A stretch of 64,000 nt of DNA from a virus (taxonomy: Duplodnaviria; Caudoviricetes): the IMG/VR virus record IMGVR_UViG_3300013414_000053, positions 25,685-89,684 of that record, one strand, 5' to 3'. The translations under genes were made by a program, and so were the position numbers. Under the pieces are notes generated by a model. The model did no database searches. It was not told the DNA's origin and worked only from the letters and a program-made list of their open reading frames with translations. Shown here piece after piece: positions 47,570-56,849 of the stretch (position 1 is the stretch's first letter; each line of letters opens with the position of its first letter).

Positions 47570-48247
47570 ATGTCAAACAATGCTTCAAAAGATGCGGGAA
47601 AGCCCGCCAAACCGACTGCGCTTTGTCGGCAGTTGAGTCCAAAGGAAAAGGAACGTCTTTTCAACAAATATGTAGTTCCTAATCTGGCGGACATCAAAAG
47701 TTTAACTAAACACTATACAGCTAACTATCAAGATGTCGATGACAATTACAACATTTGTTTAACTCAGCTCTATCACTATATCGGGTCATACGATCCGTCC
47801 AAAAAGTTGATGACTTGGCTCCATATTGTCGTTAAACGTGCTTGTCAAAAGCAGAATAAGGACAAATACGAAGAGTCTCAGCATTGGACTGATATTGAGA
47901 TGTGCTCTATGGAGGATATTTATCAGCACGGCACCAGTATGGTCACTGAAGCTGAATTTGGGAATTTGATAGATAATATCTCAGACCAAATGCTTGCAGT
48001 GTTGATGACAATCCCTTCGCAACGACTCTCTCCCTTCATGCTGCATGTTCAGGGGCATAGGATAAGAGAGATAATTGCGATAGAATGGGAGCGCGGACAT
48101 CTTGAAAAGCGTAGTGAAGATATAGTAAAGAGCCGAATTTATTGGGCAAAACGTGAATTGCAATATAAACTGAGACAATATGGAATTACAAGAAAAAACC
48201 ATAAAAGTACGCCAGATGATCGAGACCGTCGTGAAGAGGACGATTGA
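47570..48247 (+). CDS. Sigma-70 family (ECF-like) RNA polymerase sigma factor
   Basis: Region 2-like DVDDNYNICLTQLYHYIGSYDPSKKLMTWLHIVVKR; region 4-like VKSRIYWAKREL. Confidence 0.85.
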   Translation: MSNNASKDAGKPAKPTALCRQLSPKEKERLFNKYVVPNLADIKSLTKHYTANYQDVDDNYNICLTQLYHYIGSYDPSKKLMTWLHIVVKRACQKQNKDKYEESQHWTDIEMCSMEDIYQHGTSMVTEAEFGNLIDNISDQMLAVLMTIPSQRLSPFMLHVQGHRIREIIAIEWERGHLEKRSEDIVKSRIYWAKRELQYKLRQYGITRKNHKSTPDDRDRREEDD

Positions 48248-48815
48248 TCCTAAATGGCGGTTTACACAGAGCGGTATGGTTGCACTCTATATTCAAAATG
48301 GGTTGCAACAACTACCGGCTTTGTTCGGTGTCTCAGATATTGATGATGAGCGAATTGTTGATTATCTGGTGTATCAGATATACCGATACCGGACATCTAT
48401 TGCTAATGGCTCCTGGCAGTATAATTATCTGTTTTCTCAGGCGGCCTTGGAGAAATATCGAAACCAATTCCTTAGCACTGATGGTAAATCAGGAATGAAT
48501 TTCTATATCAATCAATGGTTGGATGAGGCTGAGTTATCAAGAGGTCAGCTTACCTCGATGATTACAAAGCCGAAACCCAATCCATTGAGGAAAATGGTTT
48601 ACCTTGCCTCTGAGGAACCCATAAAAAAGCGGTTTCTGAATACGAATGAGGGATTGGCCTTGTGTCAACGGTCAACGACCGGCTGGAGTCCGCTTTCAGA
48701 GGCTTGTGGACGATGTGATAACTGGGTGGAGTGTGGCAAAATGACCGCTAAGAAGTACCCAGAGCTTATGCGGTACAGAAAAGAAGTTTATCATCATGAC
48801 AGGAAAGAAAAATGA
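48180..48815 (+). CDS. Hypothetical protein with C-terminal Cys cluster
   Basis: 211-aa ORF between sigma and helicase. Confidence 0.7.
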   Translation: MELQEKTIKVRQMIETVVKRTIDPKWRFTQSGMVALYIQNGLQQLPALFGVSDIDDERIVDYLVYQIYRYRTSIANGSWQYNYLFSQAALEKYRNQFLSTDGKSGMNFYINQWLDEAELSRGQLTSMITKPKPNPLRKMVYLASEEPIKKRFLNTNEGLALCQRSTTGWSPLSEACGRCDNWVECGKMTAKKYPELMRYRKEVYHHDRKEK

Positions 48816-50154
48816 AAACGTCTTGACATCTGAGTTCCTTGCGGAGCTATATAATTGTGCCATTACCAACAATCAGGTGTGTTCGGTGGTGTGCCGTTAT
48901 ATGGATAATTCATTTCTCCCGGATCCGCAGTATCAGCTACTCAATTCCACTCTGAAAGGGCATTTCAATGAATATAAAACGGCCCCTCAGTATGGTATAA
49001 TCTCCCAGCGTTTATCTTCATCACGAGCTGTATCTGAATTGCTGGAGGAAATCAAAGAGGTTGCTACCAGTGTAAATCCTGAGAGTATTCGAGACCAATT
49101 TGAAGAGTATCTGAAACTGGTTCAGTTCAAGAAAATCATCAAAGAAGTCAATAAGAAATACGAGGATGGCGAGCGTATATCAGCAATGATGGCGTTTACC
49201 AAAGAAGCATTGAAGCTCCAGCAGTTCTCACTAAAGCCGGAAGAGTTTATAGACATCGCCCAGACATACGAAGAGCGTTTGCGCGAAAACAAGGTGCGCA
49301 ATGAAAACCCGGTAGCTAAGATGGTCAATAGCTTCTATATTGATGGCCTCGATGAGATGAATCAGGGGCGTAATCTTCGCACTCAGCTTTCTCTCTTCTT
49401 GGCTATGTCTGGTGTCGGTAAAAGTCACATTGCTCGCTGGATTGGCTATAATGCTGCTTACATCAGTGGTCTTGATGTACTCCACATACAGTTAGAAGGC
49501 ACTGCTTCGGAAACCACAGATGCGTATTCTGCAATGTTGAGTGGAACCACCACCTATGAATATGAGAGTGGTAAAGTCAACAATCATACGTTAGAGCATC
49601 TGAAAAGTATGCTCGACACCTACAAAGGCACTTTGAGAGTAAAGGCTTACCCTAAGTTCGGCAAGGAAGTTTCGACCACTGACATCAGAACCGACTGTGA
49701 TAAATACCGTGAGAAATATGGCAAATATCCAGACGTGATCATCGTTGACTCGCTCGATCTCTGTACCGATTCTTCGGGTAAGAATTGGGATTCTAAATCC
49801 TTACGTCACAAGCGTATCGCAACCGCTCAGGACCTGAAGGATTTGGCCGGAGAAACTGATAGCTGGCTCGTTGTCACTTATCAGGCCACGATTGAAAATC
49901 CTGACTGGGTGAATGATGAGAAGAATGTGCTTACGGCTTTCAACACCTCAGAATGTAAAGGACTCCAACGCCCTTGTACTCATTTGATTTCTCTCAATCA
50001 GAGTAAAAAAGAGTATCGAGAAGGCACTATGCGCCTTTATGCCGACAAGTTCCGCTTCTGTAAAAAGGGAGAGCCTTTCAGAATTGCTCTTGATTACGAA
50101 CATGAGGTGTTTTATGACCGAGTGCGTACTCTCAATCTTCCCCAAGAGTCTTAA
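48796..50154 (+). CDS. dnaB: DnaB-like replicative helicase
   Basis: LAMSGVGKSH Walker A, IIVDSLD Walker B, TYQA motif. Confidence 0.88.
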   Translation: MTGKKNENVLTSEFLAELYNCAITNNQVCSVVCRYMDNSFLPDPQYQLLNSTLKGHFNEYKTAPQYGIISQRLSSSRAVSELLEEIKEVATSVNPESIRDQFEEYLKLVQFKKIIKEVNKKYEDGERISAMMAFTKEALKLQQFSLKPEEFIDIAQTYEERLRENKVRNENPVAKMVNSFYIDGLDEMNQGRNLRTQLSLFLAMSGVGKSHIARWIGYNAAYISGLDVLHIQLEGTASETTDAYSAMLSGTTTYEYESGKVNNHTLEHLKSMLDTYKGTLRVKAYPKFGKEVSTTDIRTDCDKYREKYGKYPDVIIVDSLDLCTDSSGKNWDSKSLRHKRIATAQDLKDLAGETDSWLVVTYQATIENPDWVNDEKNVLTAFNTSECKGLQRPCTHLISLNQSKKEYREGTMRLYADKFRFCKKGEPFRIALDYEHEVFYDRVRTLNLPQES

Positions 50155-50199
50155 CTAAATTTGAATTGATGAAAGCAGTGTTAAGACAGGACTACACGA

Positions 50200-51219
50200 A
50201 TGATTATCACACCAGAAATGCAACAATCCATCAGAGAAGAGCTGCTATATGATTTAGGCGGCAAGATGGATGGTTCAAGACGAAATATATTGGTTCCTAA
50301 TTGTCCTTTCTGTGGGCATGATGGCTTCAAATATGGTATCTATGTCGGTAATAATGTCGGCAAGAAGCGGTTTGGTATGTCGAATTGCTACCATTGTAAC
50401 CGTCGTTTCGGCTCTTTGAAAGAGACTTTGAAAGCCTTGGATCGTGAGGATCTGATACCGGCAGAAACAGCGGAACTTGATGACAGTGAGACGGACATCT
50501 CAGCTATGCTGGATGATGAGATTGATGATGATCTCGTTGAAATCACCATGCCTCGTGGGTATAAGCGTTGTTACAAAAACTCATATCTCAAATCTCGTGG
50601 CTGGGAAGTAGATGATTATGAGTATTTTCCTGTCGGCACAAACCGTTCTATTGAACGAGAATATCAGGATTACATAATTCTTGAAGTTCGAGATGAAGGC
50701 CGGACTGTTGGGTTTGTGGCTCGCAGTATTCTCAGCAAAGAAGAGATTGACAGCTACAATTCCAGACATCACTTTAAGATTCGTCGCTATAAAAATTCCG
50801 ATGAACGTGATGGTAACGGCTTTGCAAAAATGCTATACAACTATGATGCGATTGAGGTCGGCACCACACATTCAGTAATTCTTTGTGAAGGTCCGTTTGA
50901 TGTGGTTGGTCTCAATCGCAAGTTGGAGCTTTATGATAACAAACATATAGTTCCCATAGCTACTTTTGGAAAGAAGATTTCTCAGGAACAGATGTACAAG
51001 CTCCAGAAAAAGGGGGTGGAACAGATTGTCATCGGTTATGATAATGATGCAAAGGAAACCACATCTAAAATTGCAATGGAGCTTGATAAATACTTCGATG
51101 TTCTGATTGCTGATATTCCTGATGGTGTAGGCAAAGATTGGGATGAAATGGATGTCGAGGACATTTATGATGTCTTTGCCTATAATCTTAAAACGGTTAG
51201 AGAATTTAATCTTGGATAA
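50200..51219 (+). CDS. dnaG: DNA primase
   Basis: CPFC...CYHC zinc finger; CEGPFD and GYDND TOPRIM motifs. Confidence 0.88.
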   Translation: MIITPEMQQSIREELLYDLGGKMDGSRRNILVPNCPFCGHDGFKYGIYVGNNVGKKRFGMSNCYHCNRRFGSLKETLKALDREDLIPAETAELDDSETDISAMLDDEIDDDLVEITMPRGYKRCYKNSYLKSRGWEVDDYEYFPVGTNRSIEREYQDYIILEVRDEGRTVGFVARSILSKEEIDSYNSRHHFKIRRYKNSDERDGNGFAKMLYNYDAIEVGTTHSVILCEGPFDVVGLNRKLELYDNKHIVPIATFGKKISQEQMYKLQKKGVEQIVIGYDNDAKETTSKIAMELDKYFDVLIADIPDGVGKDWDEMDVEDIYDVFAYNLKTVREFNLG

Positions 51220-51220
51220 G

Positions 51221-52981
51221 ATGAAAGAGGTAGTATCATTAAAAGAATGGCTGGATAACCATAACATCACTTACTCTTTGCGTAAGGACGTGGTTGTCAT
51301 TCCTGGATTTGGCCGTTGTCTTATTCAAGATGATTATGACCACATCTTCAAACAAACCAAAGAGGGGAATGTGGTATTCAACAGCATTGAGAATTATTCT
51401 TATCTGATTGCAGATGAGATATATTATATAGTTTTTCCGTTTGGCTGCCGGTGGTTTTACATTGATGTTCGTAAAGATCCATCGGAAGTCCAATTCAAAA
51501 TTCTGCGGTATGTGGGCAATACCCCCACATTCCAACACGAATGTGAATTTTATCCTTTAGGTATTCATTCCGGGTATGAGTTGTTGAATGGCAGTGGCTT
51601 ATTGAAGGACTGGTGTACTAAAACTAAGTTCTTGGGCTACAAAGGGCTGGCTGTGTCAGATAGGAATACGATGGCTGCATCTTTGGATTTGCAGCAGTCG
51701 GCTACTGATGCTGGTCTAAAATACTGTTTCGGATATTCATTAACCGTGCGTACTGGTAAGGATAAGGTTGGTGTAAAACTCTACTCAGCTACTCAGCAGG
51801 GGTTTAAGAATATGCTGCGTATTCAGAAAGCTATAGCGGTAGATAACTATGAAACAAAAGAGATAGACCTAATCACTCTTCTTAATCTTGCTGAAGGCAA
51901 TACCTTGGTGTTTGATAAGTGGAGTGGCCATTGGCTCGCCGAAAATAAGAACGCCCTTCAGGATTTTGTTGAAGCATTTGATGGTTGGGTATTCTTTCAG
52001 GTTGACACTTCAGAATATCGAGCTGATAGAATTGACTCCGCATTACTGCAAAGCCAAAAAGCATATTTCGATAACTTTTATCAGGGCAATCTGGAGTATT
52101 CAATGAATATTCGACCAGTTCTAATCCAAGATGTTTACTATTTGGATAAAGAAGATTGGCGTACCAAGGTTATTCTCAATAAGGTTGACACTGGGGCTGC
52201 CCATGAGCAATCATACAAGCAGTATCTCAAAACTATTGATGAGATTTATGATGAGTTCCGTGCTCTCTTCTCCGATAGATATGACGATGATGTTTTCTAT
52301 GATATGTGTGAAGCGACTGCTGACATTATTGAAAACGCTTCAGCTGCTTATGATCTTAGTGATAACTATGCTCCCAAGTATGATATGACTCCTCAGGAAC
52401 GTGAGAAGTATGGTGATACTTTGACTATGTTCCGATCATTGATTGAGGAAGGATTTAAGAAACTGGTTCCTGAAGGAGAGGAAGAGGAATATCGGAAGCG
52501 TGTCGAATATGAGAAGTACGTTATTGAAAGCACCGATAATGTTGATTATTTCCTTATTCAGAGAGATGAACTGAACTGGGCCCAAGAAAATGGTATCTTG
52601 ACTGGAATTGGTCGAGGCTCTGCCGGTGGGTGCCTACTACTCTATCTTATGGGTATCACATTTATTGATCCCCTGAAATATGATTTGATTTTTGAGCGTT
52701 TCTTGTTGCCGGAGCGCGCCGGTCTGGAGCCGGATAAGGTAACTGTTATGGCCGATGATATAGAGTCCTCAGATTACTTTGAGTTGGCCTTAGATGATGA
52801 TAAGATACTCTTGCTCGATAAGGATGCTGAGTTAGTTGTGATCAGAAATGGTGAGCAGCTGACCGTATATGCAGATGAGTTGCAAGAAGGTGATGACATT
52901 CAGTTCGATAACTGTGATATACTTCACACCTTACCCAAGAAACTTCTGCATGAAAATTCGGGCAATAACTCACAAAACTAA
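51221..52981 (+). CDS. dnaE: DNA polymerase III alpha, N-terminal half (PHP domain to FERFL) ending in Hint-like fragment
   Basis: GIHSGYELLNG, GLAVSDRNT, GIGRGSAGG, DPLKYDLIFERFLLPER. Confidence 0.9.
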   Translation: MKEVVSLKEWLDNHNITYSLRKDVVVIPGFGRCLIQDDYDHIFKQTKEGNVVFNSIENYSYLIADEIYYIVFPFGCRWFYIDVRKDPSEVQFKILRYVGNTPTFQHECEFYPLGIHSGYELLNGSGLLKDWCTKTKFLGYKGLAVSDRNTMAASLDLQQSATDAGLKYCFGYSLTVRTGKDKVGVKLYSATQQGFKNMLRIQKAIAVDNYETKEIDLITLLNLAEGNTLVFDKWSGHWLAENKNALQDFVEAFDGWVFFQVDTSEYRADRIDSALLQSQKAYFDNFYQGNLEYSMNIRPVLIQDVYYLDKEDWRTKVILNKVDTGAAHEQSYKQYLKTIDEIYDEFRALFSDRYDDDVFYDMCEATADIIENASAAYDLSDNYAPKYDMTPQEREKYGDTLTMFRSLIEEGFKKLVPEGEEEEYRKRVEYEKYVIESTDNVDYFLIQRDELNWAQENGILTGIGRGSAGGCLLLYLMGITFIDPLKYDLIFERFLLPERAGLEPDKVTVMADDIESSDYFELALDDDKILLLDKDAELVVIRNGEQLTVYADELQEGDDIQFDNCDILHTLPKKLLHENSGNNSQN

Positions 52982-53033
52982 TACCTCTCTTGTTTCAGAT
53001 TGCTATGCCGGCGACGGATATGTGAAACGCAAT
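52724..53033 (+). other. Degenerate split-intein-like (Hint) halves at the DnaE split
   Basis: N part ...YFELALDDDKILLLDKDAELVV...YADELQEGDDI; C part MKIRAI...VSD...DGYVKRN; no N-terminal Cys/Ser, no TxxH, +1 residue His. Confidence 0.65.
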
Positions 53034-55946
53034 CACGGCTCTCTTCCTGATATTGATTCTGACTTCAGTGCGGTTCGCCGTGATGAGGTAAAGGCATATT
53101 TGGAAAGACGCTATAACAAAGACGGTCTCCAGCGTGTCTTTTCAGCTGGTACATTTACAACTGAGAAGATAAAGTCAGTCATCAAAGACGTGGCCAGAAC
53201 TCATAAAATTTCTCAGGCTACCACCAATTATCTGACAGCGATTCTGGATGATAATATGACGTGGACCGACCTGATGAAGATGGCTTCCACAGACAAACGT
53301 ATGAGGGATTTCATTCAGAAATATCCCGATGTGTTTGAAGAGATATTACCGATTATGGGGCAAGCTCGCTCTGCCGGTATTCACGCCTCCGCACTTATCA
53401 TCACTCCAGAATATGTCAAAGGAGAGCGTGTGGAATGTTTTGACCTACTACCTATCCGAAAGATGGGCGACCTGTTGGTATCTGAGATTTCAGGTAATGA
53501 TATTGATGCTATTGGTATCTTGAAGAATGACGTACTGGGTATTAAGGAGCTTACCAGACTTTCAGATACGCTCAATCTTGTTGAGAGTGAGTATGGGGTC
53601 AAGTATAACATTCTTGAAATCGCTTCTAAGTATCTGAATGATGAGAAGGTATTTAAGATTATCCGTGAGGGCAATACTCAGGGCGTGTTCCAGATGGGTG
53701 GCGAGGGTATCACCAAATTCGTCAAACGTCTGGCTCCGGATAATATTAATGACCTGATTGCTTCTGTTGCGCTGTTCCGTCCAGGTCCTCTCGACTCTGG
53801 AGCTGCTGATAATTATGTTCGTGCAAAGCGAGGTGAATATGAGCCAACCTACTTATGGGGAACTTATGAAATCTTGAAAGATACTTTTGCTCAGATGGTT
53901 TATCAGGAGCAGATTTCTCGTGTGGCTCAAAAGGTTGGTGGCCTTAGCCTTGGTGACGGTGTGAATCTTGTGAAGGCTCTGAGTAAGAAAAAACTGGAGA
54001 AAGTTCGTAAGTTTCAAGCTAAGTTCTTTGCCGGAGCCAAGCAAAACGGGTGTCCTAAAGAAGCTGCTGATCAAATCTGGAGCAATGTGGAAGATGCTGC
54101 AAAGTATTCTTTTAATGCTTGTATCGCCGGCCACGAATACTTGTGGGGCAGACATAAGGAGAAAGGTGCTGGCACTCGTATCAATATCGGTGATATGTGG
54201 CGCACCAAAAATGACTATGAATGGGCTAAAGCCAACAACCGTCTTGGTCTTAGAAATAAGTATCGGAAGTTCGGCTATGGCACTTGTTGGTCTTTGAATG
54301 AAGATGAGAAGTTGGTCATCAACCGCATTGTGGATATCCGTTATCAGGGTGTTCGCCCAGTATATCGTATTACATTGGCAAATGGCAGCACGATTGATGT
54401 AACCGACAATCATAAACACCCGACATTGGATGGCCAAAAGCGTACTGATGAGCTTATCCCCGGCGAGGATTTTATGTATATCCGTGTGGGTTGGATTAAG
54501 GAAGATACAACCTATCGGTTTATTGACAAGGGTAAATTGAACAATCCCAGGTATCATTCAAATGATAATGTGGAGGCCCACAGCATCAATGCGCAGAAAG
54601 GTCATCAGGGTTTTATGACTCGTGACTCCAATTATACAAAGCTGGAGTATTATAAGCAGCATCTGAAGAAAGATCACTGTGAGAAATGTGGCAAGCATTT
54701 GAAGCGACTGGAGATTCATCATATCAATGGCGATCATTCAGATGTCGGGGAAAATTACTCCAATATTCAGACCTTATGCCCAAGTTGTCATAAGAAAGCT
54801 CATTATGAAATGGGCCGTGTAAAGATGGGCCGTAAGGGTCTTGGCACTGCTGTGGTTCAGGTAGTATCAGTGGAATATCTTTGTGATACGGCAGTGTATG
54901 ATGTAGAAATGGAGCATCCATACCATACTTTCCTTACTGGGAAGGGGGTTGTGACGTGCAATTCTCACGCTACAGCTTATGGGTTGACGGCTTATGTCGG
55001 TGCGTGGCTCAAAACTTACTATCCAACTGCTTTTTATACTGTCGTTCTACGAGACCAAGATGAGGATAAGATGGCAGTTCTTATGAATGAAATCAAGACT
55101 GTCGGTGGTACGGAGCTGGAGAAGCCAAACATCAACATCTCAGGTGAAAATTTCACGGCAGACTTCAAGAATAATAAGATTTACTGGTCTTTATCTCGCA
55201 TTAAGCAATTAGGTCCTAAAGCGGTTAAGTATATCGTTCAGGAGCGTAATCTGTATGGTGAGTTTTATGACCTGGAAGATTTTATCAAGCGTATCTTCAA
55301 AAGCAAGTTCAAGAACTTTGATGATGAAGGGACGGCAGAGACTCGTGAACGCTGCCCGGTGACAGCAAGAAGTGTTCGTAATCTGATTTTTGCTGGAGCC
55401 TTTGATGCTTGCGAAAATGTTGGCTCAGTTCTGGAGCGATATGGCTTATTAGAAAAGGCTGCTACTCTTTTAGGATTTAAGCTGACTGAAAAGGATATTC
55501 CTGAAGAAATGCGAGATAAGCATTACTGGTGGAGTCGTCAGCAAATCACTGTTTCTGGTCACGGCACTATTGATTATCGTAGGATCTATGATAATATGGA
55601 GAAGCCAAAGAGTGTTTCAGCAAACAAGTATATCGAGTTCTCAGACCTCAGCAATATGTTCTATGAAGTCCGAAAAGGTGTCATTTGTGCCGCTATCTGC
55701 TCTGTTACTGATAAATCCTACAAGGATAAACGAACTGGCGAAACTAAGCACTTTGGCAAAATCGAGCTTCAGCAAAATACTGAAACTAATATCCTTACCA
55801 TCTGGGATGATTGGGATATTTGGAAAAAGGAGCTGAAGAAAGCAGAGGGCCGAATGATCGTTGCAGTAGTAAATGTAAAATGGAGTGATTACGATGAGAA
55901 GAACACTCTTCAAATCGGCAGAAGCTCATTCTTAAAGTTGATTTGA
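52950..55946 (+). CDS. dnaE: DNA polymerase III alpha, C-terminal half with intein
   Basis: ATG 52950; SLPDIDSDF, GIHAS, LKNDVLG, LFRPGP, VYQEQ, FNA/SHA, SLSRIKQLG. Confidence 0.93.
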   Translation: MKIRAITHKTNTSLVSDCYAGDGYVKRNHGSLPDIDSDFSAVRRDEVKAYLERRYNKDGLQRVFSAGTFTTEKIKSVIKDVARTHKISQATTNYLTAILDDNMTWTDLMKMASTDKRMRDFIQKYPDVFEEILPIMGQARSAGIHASALIITPEYVKGERVECFDLLPIRKMGDLLVSEISGNDIDAIGILKNDVLGIKELTRLSDTLNLVESEYGVKYNILEIASKYLNDEKVFKIIREGNTQGVFQMGGEGITKFVKRLAPDNINDLIASVALFRPGPLDSGAADNYVRAKRGEYEPTYLWGTYEILKDTFAQMVYQEQISRVAQKVGGLSLGDGVNLVKALSKKKLEKVRKFQAKFFAGAKQNGCPKEAADQIWSNVEDAAKYSFNACIAGHEYLWGRHKEKGAGTRINIGDMWRTKNDYEWAKANNRLGLRNKYRKFGYGTCWSLNEDEKLVINRIVDIRYQGVRPVYRITLANGSTIDVTDNHKHPTLDGQKRTDELIPGEDFMYIRVGWIKEDTTYRFIDKGKLNNPRYHSNDNVEAHSINAQKGHQGFMTRDSNYTKLEYYKQHLKKDHCEKCGKHLKRLEIHHINGDHSDVGENYSNIQTLCPSCHKKAHYEMGRVKMGRKGLGTAVVQVVSVEYLCDTAVYDVEMEHPYHTFLTGKGVVTCNSHATAYGLTAYVGAWLKTYYPTAFYTVVLRDQDEDKMAVLMNEIKTVGGTELEKPNINISGENFTADFKNNKIYWSLSRIKQLGPKAVKYIVQERNLYGEFYDLEDFIKRIFKSKFKNFDDEGTAETRERCPVTARSVRNLIFAGAFDACENVGSVLERYGLLEKAATLLGFKLTEKDIPEEMRDKHYWWSRQQITVSGHGTIDYRRIYDNMEKPKSVSANKYIEFSDLSNMFYEVRKGVICAAICSVTDKSYKDKRTGETKHFGKIELQQNTETNILTIWDDWDIWKKELKKAEGRMIVAVVNVKWSDYDEKNTLQIGRSSFLKLI
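54120..54962 (+). mobile_element. Intein (281 aa) with HNH homing endonuclease
   Basis: Begins CIAG after YSFNA; TDNH block B; CEKC...IHHINGD...NIQTLCPSCHKKAH; VYDVEM block F; ends VTCN before SHATAY. Confidence 0.93.
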
Positions 55947-55947
55947 T

Positions 55948-56847
55948 ATGTCGTTTCTTATTGACATACGCGAGGAACTGGATGATCAGGTTCAGAAACA
56001 GCTTCGCAAGTTTAGGCAAGAATGTGCTGGTACCGGCTATAATGGCTGGTACCGGATTCAAGCCGCCATTGCCAAAGCTCGTGATTTGACCATCTACCAC
56101 GATAAGATTGAGAATTTTATAATGCCCAATCTCTTTGATGAAAATGGAGATGCGATTGCGTGGTATCACTGGCGTGACCCCCAACAAGTTCAGGTCAATA
56201 TGATAAAACGTAATCTGCAAACATCTTCTAAAGCCAGCAGAAAACGTGGTCGTGTCACTCCGACCAGATTACGAATGCTGATGAAGGAGATTCTGGACTA
56301 TAGAATAAACGAATACTTAAATCCCAAACAAGATATGGCTAAACTTAAAATTTTGTGTATTGTAGGTGGCTCAGGCTGTGGCAAGACTTTGGCCTCATTG
56401 CACCTCAAATACCATAAGGATGCAAATGTGATTTGCTCTTTTACCACCAGACCCCCCAGACCTACGGAAGTGGAGGGGAGGGATCACCATTTCATTGACA
56501 TTGTACCAGACCGAACAGAGCTGATTGCCTATGCTCACTTTGGTGGATATTATTACTATGCTACCAAATGGCAGGTATTTGGTCCTTGCACCGTCTATGT
56601 CATTGATGAGAAAGGACTTGAAAATCTGCGCAATGACTTTGGTGATGTCTATGACATCTATACTGTCTTGATTAAGCGAGATAAGGCTCTTCGCCGGAAA
56701 TCTGGCATAGATGAAACTCGTTTGCGTCGAGATGAACGTCGTGACCTGAAAGATGAGGATTATGACTATGTGATTGTCAACAACGGCAAGAAAGCAGCTC
56801 TTTTTGAGAGCATTGAGTGTATCTACGAAGAAATAAAAAACAAATAA
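55948..56847 (+). CDS. Guanylate kinase-like protein with 129-aa unrelated N-terminal extension
   Basis: CIVGGSGCGKT, SFTTRPPRPTEVEGRDHHF; kinase part starts at in-frame ATG 56335. Confidence 0.8.
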   Translation: MSFLIDIREELDDQVQKQLRKFRQECAGTGYNGWYRIQAAIAKARDLTIYHDKIENFIMPNLFDENGDAIAWYHWRDPQQVQVNMIKRNLQTSSKASRKRGRVTPTRLRMLMKEILDYRINEYLNPKQDMAKLKILCIVGGSGCGKTLASLHLKYHKDANVICSFTTRPPRPTEVEGRDHHFIDIVPDRTELIAYAHFGGYYYYATKWQVFGPCTVYVIDEKGLENLRNDFGDVYDIYTVLIKRDKALRRKSGIDETRLRRDERRDLKDEDYDYVIVNNGKKAALFESIECIYEEIKNK

Positions 56848-56849
56848 TT

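Noticed and set aside
52869-52981. Simple sequencing frameshift in dnaE
   Set aside because: Not fully excluded, but a clean ATG-MKI start exactly where an intein C-fragment would begin, and a stop 32 nt later, fit a designed split better than a random indel.
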